Origin: an uncultured Bacilli bacterium
GTDB lineage: Bacteria > Bacillota_I > Bacilli_A > RF39 > UBA660
NCBI GenBank assembly: GCA_944350485.1
Contig: CALVPE010000074.1
Coordinates: 13,989 to 77,988 of the forward strand
Length of the DNA stretch: 64,000 bases
Direction: 5' to 3'
Below are positions 26,388-35,579 of the stretch, piece after piece. A program made the translations under genes and the position numbers. The notes below the pieces were generated by a model that saw only the letters and a program-made list of their open reading frames with translations, did no database searches and was not told the DNA's origin. Numbering within the stretch: position 1 is the stretch's first letter; the number at the start of each line of letters is the position of its first letter.

Positions 26388-26996
26388 TTAAGCTAAATTG
26401 CTGTTATAGCAGCTATAACCACAATTATTGTTTAAACCATTAAAATAACCATTATAGTAACCGCTAGCTATAATTGGGCTAACTATTGGAGTACAACTAG
26501 CACCAATACTTGTTACTTCTGGTTTTTTCATCATTTCACATTGAATTTTACTAATTTGATTAGATAAAGTATCAAATTTTGCATTCAATGAGTTAGCTAA
26601 TGTCATTCTTTCAATTGTAGCATTCTTTTCGGAAAGAGCTAAATTGTAAGCATTCTGTTGAGCTAAGTTATTAATCTTTAAATCAAAGATTTTTTCACCT
26701 TGTTCAGCATCATATTGTGCTCTTAATTGAGCAGAAATAGCATCTGTTGATTTTCTATTTTCCTCAATTATTCTAAAATTAGTTTCGGCTGCTGTTATTA
26801 AGTTTTGTTTTTCAACTTCACAATTAGAAACTCTGTTGCAACCATTATTAGCTAATGCTTCACCAGCTAAAAATCCAGCTGCTCCTCTGTTTCCCCAACC
26901 GAAGCCAAAACCATTTCCACCAGAAAAGAACCATAAGATCAAGATTATAAAGATAACCCAACCCCATGAGAAAGTTCCCATTTCTTTTGTGTCCAT
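26388..26996 (-). CDS. membrane-anchored Gly-rich / coiled-coil / Cys-rich protein of unknown function
   Basis: TM WGWVIFIILILWFF, then GGNGFGFGWGNRGAAGF, a coiled-coil, and a C-terminal Cys/Tyr/Gly/Asn-rich tail. Confidence 0.4.
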   Translation of the reverse strand: MDTKEMGTFSWGWVIFIILILWFFSGGNGFGFGWGNRGAAGFLAGEALANNGCNRVSNCEVEKQNLITAAETNFRIIEENRKSTDAISAQLRAQYDAEQGEKIFDLKINNLAQQNAYNLALSEKNATIERMTLANSLNAKFDTLSNQISKIQCEMMKKPEVTSIGASCTPIVSPIIASGYYNGYFNGLNNNCGYSCYNSNLA

Positions 26997-27038
26997 AATT
27001 TTTTCCTTTTTTAATTATTAATAAAAAAAAATATAAAG

Positions 27039-27410
27039 CTAATTTTTCTTGACTTTTTTAAGACCTTGTTTTAATGTTTCTATATCATCTTTTTTATCAG
27101 AATCATAAGATGAAATTGGATTAGATACATTATAGCTACTTCTTATATTATCAAGGATTGAATTAGCTTTATTAACATCTAATCCAATTGCCTTCATAAA
27201 CATTTCAGCGATCGGGTTAGATGTATTCTGTCGTAATTTATCAATAAAATTACTTGAAATTCCTGTATTTCTTAAAATTTCTTCTGGACTTTTATCAGCA
27301 CTATTTTTAAGTATTGTTTGTGCTTTTTCTATTGCTATTTGTAAATCCTTAACCTTATTAGGCATAAAAGTATTTGCTAAATTTAAAATTTTATTAATAT
27401 CAATATTCAT
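27039..27410 (-). CDS. hypothetical protein
   Basis: ORF only. Confidence 0.3.
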   Translation of the reverse strand: MNIDINKILNLANTFMPNKVKDLQIAIEKAQTILKNSADKSPEEILRNTGISSNFIDKLRQNTSNPIAEMFMKAIGLDVNKANSILDNIRSSYNVSNPISSYDSDKKDDIETLKQGLKKVKKN

Positions 27411-27418
27411 GTTTTTAC

Positions 27419-27850
27419 CTATTTAAAATTTAATAATTTTTTATCACTTTTTTTATTTTCTTGAAGAACTATATTTTCTTGTATATCATTTTTATTATCT
27501 TTTGTTAGCATAATATTTAAATCTTCAATATTATTTTTTTCACTTTTTTTTAAGTCTTTTATTTCTTCTTGCATAATCTTCATTTGATTAAGCATATCAG
27601 TCATAATTTTTTGTTGTTCTTTTGCTATTTCTTCGGCTGTTTTTGGTTTTTCTATAATTCCTTTTTCAACAAGTACATTATAATAACCATCTGCTATTTC
27701 TTTTAATTCATTATACTTTTTTAAAGTAACACCTATTTTATTTTTTTGAGCATTCCAACCAATAATTTGATAAATTTCATCATTTTCTATTGAAGCATTA
27801 ATCATACTATTCATTTGAAATATACCCCTTTCATAAGTTACATTATCCAT
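27419..27850 (-). CDS. hypothetical coiled-coil protein
   Basis: ORF only. Confidence 0.3.
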   Translation of the reverse strand: MDNVTYERGIFQMNSMINASIENDEIYQIIGWNAQKNKIGVTLKKYNELKEIADGYYNVLVEKGIIEKPKTAEEIAKEQQKIMTDMLNQMKIMQEEIKDLKKSEKNNIEDLNIMLTKDNKNDIQENIVLQENKKSDKKLLNFK

Positions 27851-27963
27851 ATTTTTTAAATTATTTTTTACATAAAAAATATTAAAACATAACTAGTTAA
27901 AAAGAAAGTATATTGTATTATGTGTTTTTTATATAAAAATTATATTTTTTTTATAAAATTTTG

Positions 27964-28275
27964 TTAAAAATATGATATATTTTCTATGTTTATATTTTGT
28001 TTTATTAAATAACTATCAATTTTTAATAATGCTCTATCTAAATAATCTCTTAAAGAAGGTATAGATTGCATTTTACATAAATCAACTATTTGTTTATCAA
28101 CTCTATGTTGAATTTTTAAAGCTATTGCTCTATGCATTTTAAGATTTATATTTTTACCAGTTTCGGGATCTTTTATTACAAAAATATAATTTAATAAATC
28201 TTCACATTCTTTTCCTGGTAAACTTCTTAAATATTTTAATATAAGAGTTTTTCTTTCTGATTTTAATTTTTGCAT
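27964..28275 (-). CDS. hypothetical protein
   Basis: ORF only. Confidence 0.3.
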   Translation of the reverse strand: MQKLKSERKTLILKYLRSLPGKECEDLLNYIFVIKDPETGKNINLKMHRAIALKIQHRVDKQIVDLCKMQSIPSLRDYLDRALLKIDSYLIKQNINIENISYF

Positions 28276-28280
28276 ATGTC

Positions 28281-28565
28281 TTAATTATTATTCATGTATT
28301 TTTTTAAATTATCAAATTCTATTTCTATATTTTTTAATTCCTGTATTGAATTAGATTTATTTATTCTTTTTTCAAAAAAATCATATTTATAAATCATATC
28401 TTTTAAAAATCTTTCCCAAAATATTTTTTCACTTTCTACATAATTAATAAGATTATATTGCATATTTAAAAAATTAAATAAGGAAAAACCTTTATTTTTA
28501 ATATATTTATCTCTTTTTCTTTTTAATTCTTTTATTTTTTTATATTTTTCATAATTTAAATCCAT
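28281..28565 (-). CDS. hypothetical protein
   Basis: ORF only. Confidence 0.3.
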   Translation of the reverse strand: MDLNYEKYKKIKELKRKRDKYIKNKGFSLFNFLNMQYNLINYVESEKIFWERFLKDMIYKYDFFEKRINKSNSIQELKNIEIEFDNLKKYMNNN

Positions 28566-28567
28566 AA

Positions 28568-29017
28568 TTATTCCTTAAAATTAATATTAATCTTATCTAA
28601 TAAACTCTTTAAATTACAATTTTCAATTAATTTTTTTGTTGTATCATAAATTTTTGCGATACTTGATATTTTAGATTTATATAACTCTAAATCTTCGCTT
28701 GTAAATTCACCAATACCTAGTAATAAACTAATTAATAAATGTTGATTATTTAAATTTTCTATATCATATAAAGATATATTATCTTTTATAAATATATTTT
28801 TTTTAAATTCATCTCTTACTTTTTTTAATTCTTGTATTTTTTCTTGTTTTAGAAGTTCTAATGGTTTTTGTGGCGCATAACCTTTTAAATAATGAGCTCC
28901 ATCATAACCTTGTTCAACTTTACCTTCAATCATACCAATAGATTTGTAAAATTCTTCATTAGTTCCTAAACCAACATCTACTTTTTTTGTTTTTTCGTCT
29001 ATTATTTTATAAAACAT
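28568..29017 (-). CDS. hypothetical protein downstream of a tail fibre (possible fibre assembly chaperone)
   Basis: Position only. Confidence 0.3.
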   Translation of the reverse strand: MFYKIIDEKTKKVDVGLGTNEEFYKSIGMIEGKVEQGYDGAHYLKGYAPQKPLELLKQEKIQELKKVRDEFKKNIFIKDNISLYDIENLNNQHLLISLLLGIGEFTSEDLELYKSKISSIAKIYDTTKKLIENCNLKSLLDKININFKE

Positions 29018-29026
29018 ATTTTGCTC

Positions 29027-30667
29027 CTATATTTGATTTTTAAAAGGATAAAATGTAACATTTGAATTAACCATATCAATTTTATATTCTTCACCTTTAT
29101 TGACTAAAATAAAAGTGCTTGAAAATTGTCCTGTGGCACCATTGGAAATACCAGCAATTCTTTGAGTATTGTTATAAAAAGCACCGAAAGAATTAGCACC
29201 AGTAGATTGAAATTCGCTTATAATTATACCATTTGTTGGTGGAGTATAAGTAGTAGAAGAAATTGATATACCAGCAGAATAATCAACTTGAAATAAATTA
29301 ATTATATTATTTTTAGCATTTGTAGATATATTACTTAAATCATTATTTGCTAGTGTAAGTGGATAAAAAATATCTAAATCACAAAAATATAAACCATTAC
29401 CCAAAGATCCACCACTATTAATTAATGTATTTCCTATAATACATGAATATAAAAAACTTTCTTTATTTTCATTATCATATATTGTATTTAAATTTGAATC
29501 ATAAGTAAAATTTCTAAAATAAGGAACCTTACCTCTAGTAATAGCTATTTGTCTATTACCATAATATTCTTTGTTATCTTTAAATATAACATCTCCAACA
29601 ATATTTTCATTTTTTGTTTGTGTATATAATAAATTATTATTATTATCTCTTCCATCAGCTGTTATATATTCTACACCCGGAAGAATAAAAAAATATTCAC
29701 CAATAAAACCAAAACCATTAAAGGGAATAATCTTACTATCTATTCTACCGTTTATTGTTTCTAAACTTTTTATATAACAGCATACAGGCATTGATATACT
29801 TTCTATTAACCATTCATTAGTATTTTGATACTTTATTTTAATTACTTTATTTGTTAAATCATACCATAAATAATCTCGTGTAGTATCTAATTCTGGTTGT
29901 GTTTTAGATGCTATAACTTGTGAAGATTGATTATATGAATAAAAATTATCTTTATTTTTATTATAAACAATAATAAAAGTTCCTGTTCCTAAAATACTAG
30001 CAGTATAATCATGTTCTATAATTTTTTCTTCATATGTTGATCCAGATTTAATATATATATTAGTATTCTTTTTTATTTTAATATTTTGTAAACCTGCTAA
30101 ACTACTTCCTATATAACATTCAACAGTTTGTGGTACTTTTTTTAAATAATTAGTAATATATTTTAAATCTTGTTCTTGTGGATTATCATCATTATTATTA
30201 TTATCATTTTTTAAAATTATAAAACTATCTAATGCACTATTAAAAATTAATTGTACATATTCATTTTGCTTTATATATCCATTAGATATTCCTTCTTGGG
30301 ATATTTTTTCTCTTATTGATTTATCACCTAAACCATTAACATTTATAGTTGCATTAGTTAAATTATTTCCTTTTGAAAGAAAAATAACTACCATACCATC
30401 ATAATACATATTTGGTGCTTTAAAAGGATTTTTAGTTGATAATAAAATATGATTATAATCAGTAGTTACATCATCATAAAAATTACCTTTTGCAACATAA
30501 TTTGCTATTGATTTTGCCATTTGGTCTTCTTCATTCATAGAAGGAGTTAAATTAGCAGAATTAATAGTATTTATAAGTTCATTTCCTAAGATATTAAAGT
30601 CTTTAGCAGTACATTCACCAAATTTTGTATCACTTTCATCTTTTGGAAAATTTTCAAATTTAGACAT
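29027..30667 (-). CDS. tail fibre / receptor-binding protein
   Basis: Position in the fibre module. Size and Asn/Gly/Ser/Thr-rich beta-type composition. Confidence 0.45.
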   Translation of the reverse strand: MSKFENFPKDESDTKFGECTAKDFNILGNELINTINSANLTPSMNEEDQMAKSIANYVAKGNFYDDVTTDYNHILLSTKNPFKAPNMYYDGMVVIFLSKGNNLTNATINVNGLGDKSIREKISQEGISNGYIKQNEYVQLIFNSALDSFIILKNDNNNNDDNPQEQDLKYITNYLKKVPQTVECYIGSSLAGLQNIKIKKNTNIYIKSGSTYEEKIIEHDYTASILGTGTFIIVYNKNKDNFYSYNQSSQVIASKTQPELDTTRDYLWYDLTNKVIKIKYQNTNEWLIESISMPVCCYIKSLETINGRIDSKIIPFNGFGFIGEYFFILPGVEYITADGRDNNNNLLYTQTKNENIVGDVIFKDNKEYYGNRQIAITRGKVPYFRNFTYDSNLNTIYDNENKESFLYSCIIGNTLINSGGSLGNGLYFCDLDIFYPLTLANNDLSNISTNAKNNIINLFQVDYSAGISISSTTYTPPTNGIIISEFQSTGANSFGAFYNNTQRIAGISNGATGQFSSTFILVNKGEEYKIDMVNSNVTFYPFKNQI

Positions 30668-31281
30668 TATTTATCTCCTTTAATTATTTTTTTATCTAAA
30701 AATGTTATTTTAACATAACCATCACCACCTTTTCCACCAAATCCAGGGCTACTTGCTGTATTAGCATATCCACCACTACCACAGTATGTGTTTGGAATAA
30801 ATTCACTATATACAGTTGGATTTGCTCCAATATTTTTTGTAGCATTTATTCCTTTTTTTGCATTTTGTGGCTGTAAAATAGCATTACTATTTAAAATAGA
30901 TATATCTCCCCCTTCACCTTGTCTATATACAGATCCCTCTCTATTTGCTTGTCCGCCAAATCCACAACCACAAATAATTAAATTTTCTATTAAAGAATTA
31001 CTTCCTTGTTTAGCATTATTATTTCTATTACCATTACCACCACCAGCACCAACTTGTATATTATAAATTCCCGCATTTAAAAAAGCATTTCCTATATATA
31101 CAGCAGCTGAACCACCAGGGCTATTAGCACCACCACCACCACCACCAACTATTTCTATATAGTATGTTCCTCTGACATATATTTGTAATTGATAAGTTCC
31201 AGGAGTTCCTTGATCAAAAATAACTTGATTTTTTTGATATTTTGATATTCCGCCTAAATTATTTAAATGACTAATAAACAT
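30667..31281 (-). CDS. glycine-rich tail-fibre-associated protein
   Basis: Long GGGGG/GNG repeats (VGGGGGGANSPGG...GAGGGNGNRNN...GSGGYANTASSPGFGGKGGDG). Confidence 0.4.
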   Translation of the reverse strand: MFISHLNNLGGISKYQKNQVIFDQGTPGTYQLQIYVRGTYYIEIVGGGGGGANSPGGSAAVYIGNAFLNAGIYNIQVGAGGGNGNRNNNAKQGSNSLIENLIICGCGFGGQANREGSVYRQGEGGDISILNSNAILQPQNAKKGINATKNIGANPTVYSEFIPNTYCGSGGYANTASSPGFGGKGGDGYVKITFLDKKIIKGDK

Positions 31282-32462
31282 TACTTATATACTCCTTGTG
31301 TATTTCCTATCCACTTTTGTAAATTACCATCATATAAAAATACTAATGGATATACTCCACTTTCATTAAAAACAGGAGGCGAATTATCTAACCATGTATT
31401 AACATTGCTAAAAGTTAAATTACCAACTGTATTTATATTTAAAAAAACTTGTATTTTTTGCATATGATTAGGATTTCCAGATAATGTTATAGTTCTATCA
31501 CCAGATAAAGAATTGACATAAACAAAATCTGATTGATCTGTATCAATAGTTAAAATAGAACCATTATCAGTATATGCATTTAATACATATTTTCCATCAG
31601 CTCCATTTTTTATTAAATATTCCCCATTAAAAAAATAAAATTCTTTTTCTTCTTCAACAAAAACTATATCGCCTGCTTTTAAAATATTTTCATGATAATG
31701 AATAGTCCCATCTAAATCAATTTTATATACATAATAAATTGCATTTTTTACAACTTTTGTGCCATTTTCTTCTACTTTATCTTTTATTAAGGTTCCATCT
31801 TGCGTATTAATTATACTCTGTGATATTTGTGCAGTAGTGTTTAAATTATTTACTAAGTCAAATCTTTTAAGAACATTATATTTACCACATATATATTGAA
31901 CTAAATCAGAAGATAGAAGTTCATACAGAATAAAACAAGGTTGTTCAGCTCTATAATTATAAGCAATTATACATAAACTATCAGCTATAATATCACCTTC
32001 TTGTAGTTCTACTAATTTATTATTTGTTCCTAATTTTAATAATTTTAAAGTAGACTGTCCATATATTTGTAAATTAACATTATTAGAAGTATTTGTAAAA
32101 CTAGGCATAAAGAAAAAAATACCTTTATGTAAAGAATTTCCTAAATGTTTTGTATTGTTTTGAAAATCTATTCTATCAGCTATATAAAGATCTGTTATAT
32201 TATTATGTTGTTCTATTGTTGATCTATCTTCTAATATATTTTCAAAAGTATAGTTTGCAACTGATATAGCTGTTTTATTTTGTGTTGTAGTATTTAATTG
32301 AACATTTGCACTTGACCAAAAATATCCAAATTCATTTTGCGATTGGTTTACATTTTGTGCAAAAACTTTTTTTTGATTTTCAATACTTAATTCTGAACCA
32401 TCTGTATCACTTTTTGGTGAATATATAAAAGCATCATTAATATTAAAATTTGGTGTAGCCAT
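31281..32462 (-). CDS. tail fibre protein (first gene after a late-promoter motif)
   Basis: Position after the baseplate gpI-like gene. AGACTTCCATT motif about 45 bp upstream. Confidence 0.45.
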   Translation of the reverse strand: MATPNFNINDAFIYSPKSDTDGSELSIENQKKVFAQNVNQSQNEFGYFWSSANVQLNTTTQNKTAISVANYTFENILEDRSTIEQHNNITDLYIADRIDFQNNTKHLGNSLHKGIFFFMPSFTNTSNNVNLQIYGQSTLKLLKLGTNNKLVELQEGDIIADSLCIIAYNYRAEQPCFILYELLSSDLVQYICGKYNVLKRFDLVNNLNTTAQISQSIINTQDGTLIKDKVEENGTKVVKNAIYYVYKIDLDGTIHYHENILKAGDIVFVEEEKEFYFFNGEYLIKNGADGKYVLNAYTDNGSILTIDTDQSDFVYVNSLSGDRTITLSGNPNHMQKIQVFLNINTVGNLTFSNVNTWLDNSPPVFNESGVYPLVFLYDGNLQKWIGNTQGVYK

Positions 32463-32488
32463 AAAAAAAATATTATTTTTCTAGTATA

Positions 32489-32521
32489 ATTATAGAAACT
32501 ATTATTAAATAATGGAAGTCT
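32489..32521 (-). promoter_or_regulatory. late-type promoter: AGACTTCCATT - 16 nt - TATAAT, upstream of a tail fibre gene
   Basis: Minus strand AGACTTCCATTatttaataatagtttcTATAAT. Gene start at 32462. Confidence 0.5.
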
Positions 32522-33155
32522 AAATATATACTATTTTTAAATCTATATCAATAATTAAATCTAAAAGCATTTTTATTGTATCAGTAAAATTATCCCTATT
32601 AATTAAAGCAAAAGGTATTTTTTTAGTAGCTAATACATTTTCATCATTAATTTCATTTGCTGTTGGTAATCTAACAACAACAGTATTGTCAGTAGCATCA
32701 AAAGAAGCAAATTTAAAAGGAAATTTACATGTAAATCTATTATTGTATTTACTAGTTTTAATATCGGAAATATAAATACTAATATCTAAATCAAAAATTT
32801 CATTTATAAAATCTTCTATTTGTCTTGATGTTGATATTCCAGAACTTGCTTTTGCAAATGCATTAATAATTTTATATTTTTTTACATTATTTTCTGGTTT
32901 TTCTTTAATATATTTTGAAATACCAAACATATCCCAATATTCATCTAAAAATTGGCTATTTTCATCTAATTTTAAACTATTAAATCTTTCCGCAAAATTT
33001 GCATCTCTTTGTCTAAAAACTTCCGCTATACAAGATAAAAACTTATATATATTTGTATTTTTATTATCTATGCCATTCCATAATATACCTTGTGGCATAG
33101 CATTATTGATAATTTTTCTCCATTCTTCTAAATTTTTTGCATTATAAACACTCAT
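32520..33155 (-). CDS. P2 gpI / Mu gp48-like tail protein
   Basis: About 210 aa, immediately after the baseplate J-like gene. Canonical position. Confidence 0.45.
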   Translation of the reverse strand: MSVYNAKNLEEWRKIINNAMPQGILWNGIDNKNTNIYKFLSCIAEVFRQRDANFAERFNSLKLDENSQFLDEYWDMFGISKYIKEKPENNVKKYKIINAFAKASSGISTSRQIEDFINEIFDLDISIYISDIKTSKYNNRFTCKFPFKFASFDATDNTVVVRLPTANEINDENVLATKKIPFALINRDNFTDTIKMLLDLIIDIDLKIVYI

Positions 33156-33156
33156 A

Positions 33157-34545
33157 TTATTCCCATGTTATTTTTAAAATTGGAAATTCATTGTATTGTA
33201 ATTCTATATCATCTTCTGGATTATTTAAAATATAATTATCTTCCAAAATATTACCATTTGAATCTATAACCTGATCTAACCAATATTGTATAGTTTTTTT
33301 AAATATTTTTTTTCTAAAATAACATACATTTTGATCATTCTGCATTTCTTTTATAGTTTCTTCAACTGCTTTTTTCATATCTAATGTATTGGCTTCATTT
33401 AATAAAGAAACATTAATTTCTATTTCCCTTAGTACTGGATTAACAACATTAACTTGATCTTCTGTTGGATTAATTTTATAAATAGTATCAACTAAATATT
33501 GTTTAATATCTTGTAATTCTGTATTTGATAGAGTTGTAAAATCATTTTTTATCATATATATAGTAGTATATCCACTAACAATAGTTCCATCAGTTTTTTC
33601 TGCTCTTGGAATAAAAATTAATGCATTAGTATATTTTCCATATTGAAATTCCCTTATTTTTAATATTATATTACTTCTATTCCATCCTTGTGGTATTCCT
33701 CTAATTCTTTCTAAAATTCTTTTTCTATAATCTTCCATTTCTTCTTCATCTTTTCCACCATTAATTCCATCATAGTATACATAGCATGTACTATCAACAC
33801 CTTGTTGTTCCACATTCATTTTTAAAGTTGATCCAGCAATTAAATTTTGATTTGATCCTGTATCACTTGATTCAACTAAAACAGAAGCGCTAATTATATC
33901 AACAAAAATATCACCAGTAGCAGTATTTGGTGCATCAGTGTCAATATCATAAGTAAAGCTATTTGTACTAATAGTAGTTATTTTAAAATTTTCTTTATTA
34001 TATTGTTCTTCATTAGCTCCATATATTCTGCTAATAGGCATGCCACTAGCTGTTTTAAAATCTTGTGATAATACCACTGTTGCTTTTCCTTGTGAACTTG
34101 TTAAACTTTTAACTTGTATAGTACTTTTTGATATAACAACAGTTTCTTGTGTTAAATAATTATTTCCATTTGAAGATATTTGCGTTCCTTGCATTATTGA
34201 TCCACCTTCTATTCCAGTAAATATTATATAACCAGTAGCTGGTGTTGATGTATAATGATAAACCCCCCAAGTATTTCCATGAAATTCTTTTAAGGGAGTA
34301 TAATCAGCTGTTTGTGGAAAAAATTGTTTTAACAAAAATTCTGAATTAATATCATTATTGTAAGAAGCATTTGTTAACGTATTTAAAAAGGCATATAATA
34401 CTTTACCTTGAACTGTATTATAATCTATTGTTACAATTTCATTTGTAGAAGTATTTATTATTTTTTGTTCTTCCAATGACTGTTTAAAAAAATTTAAATT
34501 ACTTTGTAATAATTCTTCATAACTTTTTGACATATTATTTACCAC
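33157..34545 (-). CDS. baseplate J-like protein (P2 gpJ / Mu gp47 family)
   Basis: Size and position between the W/gp46-like and gpI-like genes. Confidence 0.5.
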   Translation of the reverse strand: MVNNMSKSYEELLQSNLNFFKQSLEEQKIINTSTNEIVTIDYNTVQGKVLYAFLNTLTNASYNNDINSEFLLKQFFPQTADYTPLKEFHGNTWGVYHYTSTPATGYIIFTGIEGGSIMQGTQISSNGNNYLTQETVVISKSTIQVKSLTSSQGKATVVLSQDFKTASGMPISRIYGANEEQYNKENFKITTISTNSFTYDIDTDAPNTATGDIFVDIISASVLVESSDTGSNQNLIAGSTLKMNVEQQGVDSTCYVYYDGINGGKDEEEMEDYRKRILERIRGIPQGWNRSNIILKIREFQYGKYTNALIFIPRAEKTDGTIVSGYTTIYMIKNDFTTLSNTELQDIKQYLVDTIYKINPTEDQVNVVNPVLREIEINVSLLNEANTLDMKKAVEETIKEMQNDQNVCYFRKKIFKKTIQYWLDQVIDSNGNILEDNYILNNPEDDIELQYNEFPILKITWE

Positions 34546-34957
34546 TTATTTTATAATTATATGAAAATTTATTATCGCTATTTATATTTTTATTACCTTT
34601 TATTGAAATATATAATTGATTAAAAGCACTATTAATTTCAATATTATTAAAATTATAAACATTATTTTCAACAAAATCTTGATTTAGGGCATTGTTATAA
34701 ATATTATTAACATAAGATATAACTTCTTCATCATTATATCTTGAATGATATAATTTAGTCCATGCATTATTTCCATAATATAAGCCATAACATCCTCTTT
34801 TTTGTCCAAAATTTAATGTATTGTCATAGTCATCTGTAAATAATGTTGCAGCTATACTAGTTTCTAATGTATCGTCTATTTTTAAACCACCATTGTCAAA
34901 AACTAAATCAAATATACCATTTTTATTTTGTTGCATTTTTAGATCTATAAAATCCAT
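34535..34957 (-). CDS. baseplate wedge protein (P2 gpW / Mu gp46-like)
   Basis: About 140 aa between the gpV-like and J-like genes. Confidence 0.45.
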   Translation of the reverse strand: MDFIDLKMQQNKNGIFDLVFDNGGLKIDDTLETSIAATLFTDDYDNTLNFGQKRGCYGLYYGNNAWTKLYHSRYNDEEVISYVNNIYNNALNQDFVENNVYNFNNIEINSAFNQLYISIKGNKNINSDNKFSYNYKISGK

Positions 34958-35577
34958 CAGCTAACTCCCCCTGTATTATCTTTACCACCTGTTACACCAA
35001 TATGTGTATGAATATCATTTATAACTTTTCCATTTACTGTCATTCCCAAAGGTGTTGTTATCATGCCTGTAATATCCATTTTTCCATTAATTGTTAAATT
35101 ACCTTTAATACTTATATCTCCTTCAATAGTAATATTAGGTGATTTAATAATAATATTATTTTCTGATATTAATTCTATTGTATTTTGACTATTAATGGAA
35201 GTCTTATTATTTGCTTTTATATATATTTGTTCTGTTCCATTTTCTTCAATTTTTATTTCATTATCATTTATTCTAATATAATTGTTAGTTTTAAAATTAC
35301 CAATAGCGACTTCATTTGGATTTGTATCTGGTTTATAATAATTATCAGTTGCTATACAAAATTTTTCACCAGAATTTTCCAAAAAAACATAAGCAATATC
35401 ATTTGTATCTGGCGTTGATGTAAAACCAACTGGATTGATGATATAAATATCACTTTTAATAAAATTTTGAGATTTTAATTCAAATTCTTTTATTTCTGGA
35501 CTTGAATAACCTATATATTTTATATTATAAGGTCTTTGATTTCTTTCTGTATCTTGTATTTTTATTAATTCTACCAT
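34957..35577 (-). CDS. baseplate assembly / spike protein V-like
   Basis: C-terminal ...INDIHTHIGVTGG resembles the gpV family His-x-His tip. Correct position. Contains an internal copy of the late-promoter motif. Confidence 0.5.
   Translation of the reverse strand: MVELIKIQDTERNQRPYNIKYIGYSSPEIKEFELKSQNFIKSDIYIINPVGFTSTPDTNDIAYVFLENSGEKFCIATDNYYKPDTNPNEVAIGNFKTNNYIRINDNEIKIEENGTEQIYIKANNKTSINSQNTIELISENNIIIKSPNITIEGDISIKGNLTINGKMDITGMITTPLGMTVNGKVINDIHTHIGVTGGKDNTGGVS
35182..35214 (-). promoter_or_regulatory. late-type promoter motif internal to the gpV-like gene: AGACTTCCATT - 16 nt - TAGAAT
   Basis: Minus strand AGACTTCCATTaatagtcaaaatacaaTAGAAT, inside CDS 34957..35577 and about 240 bp upstream of the next gene start. 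Confidence 0.35.
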
Positions 35578-35579
35578 AA

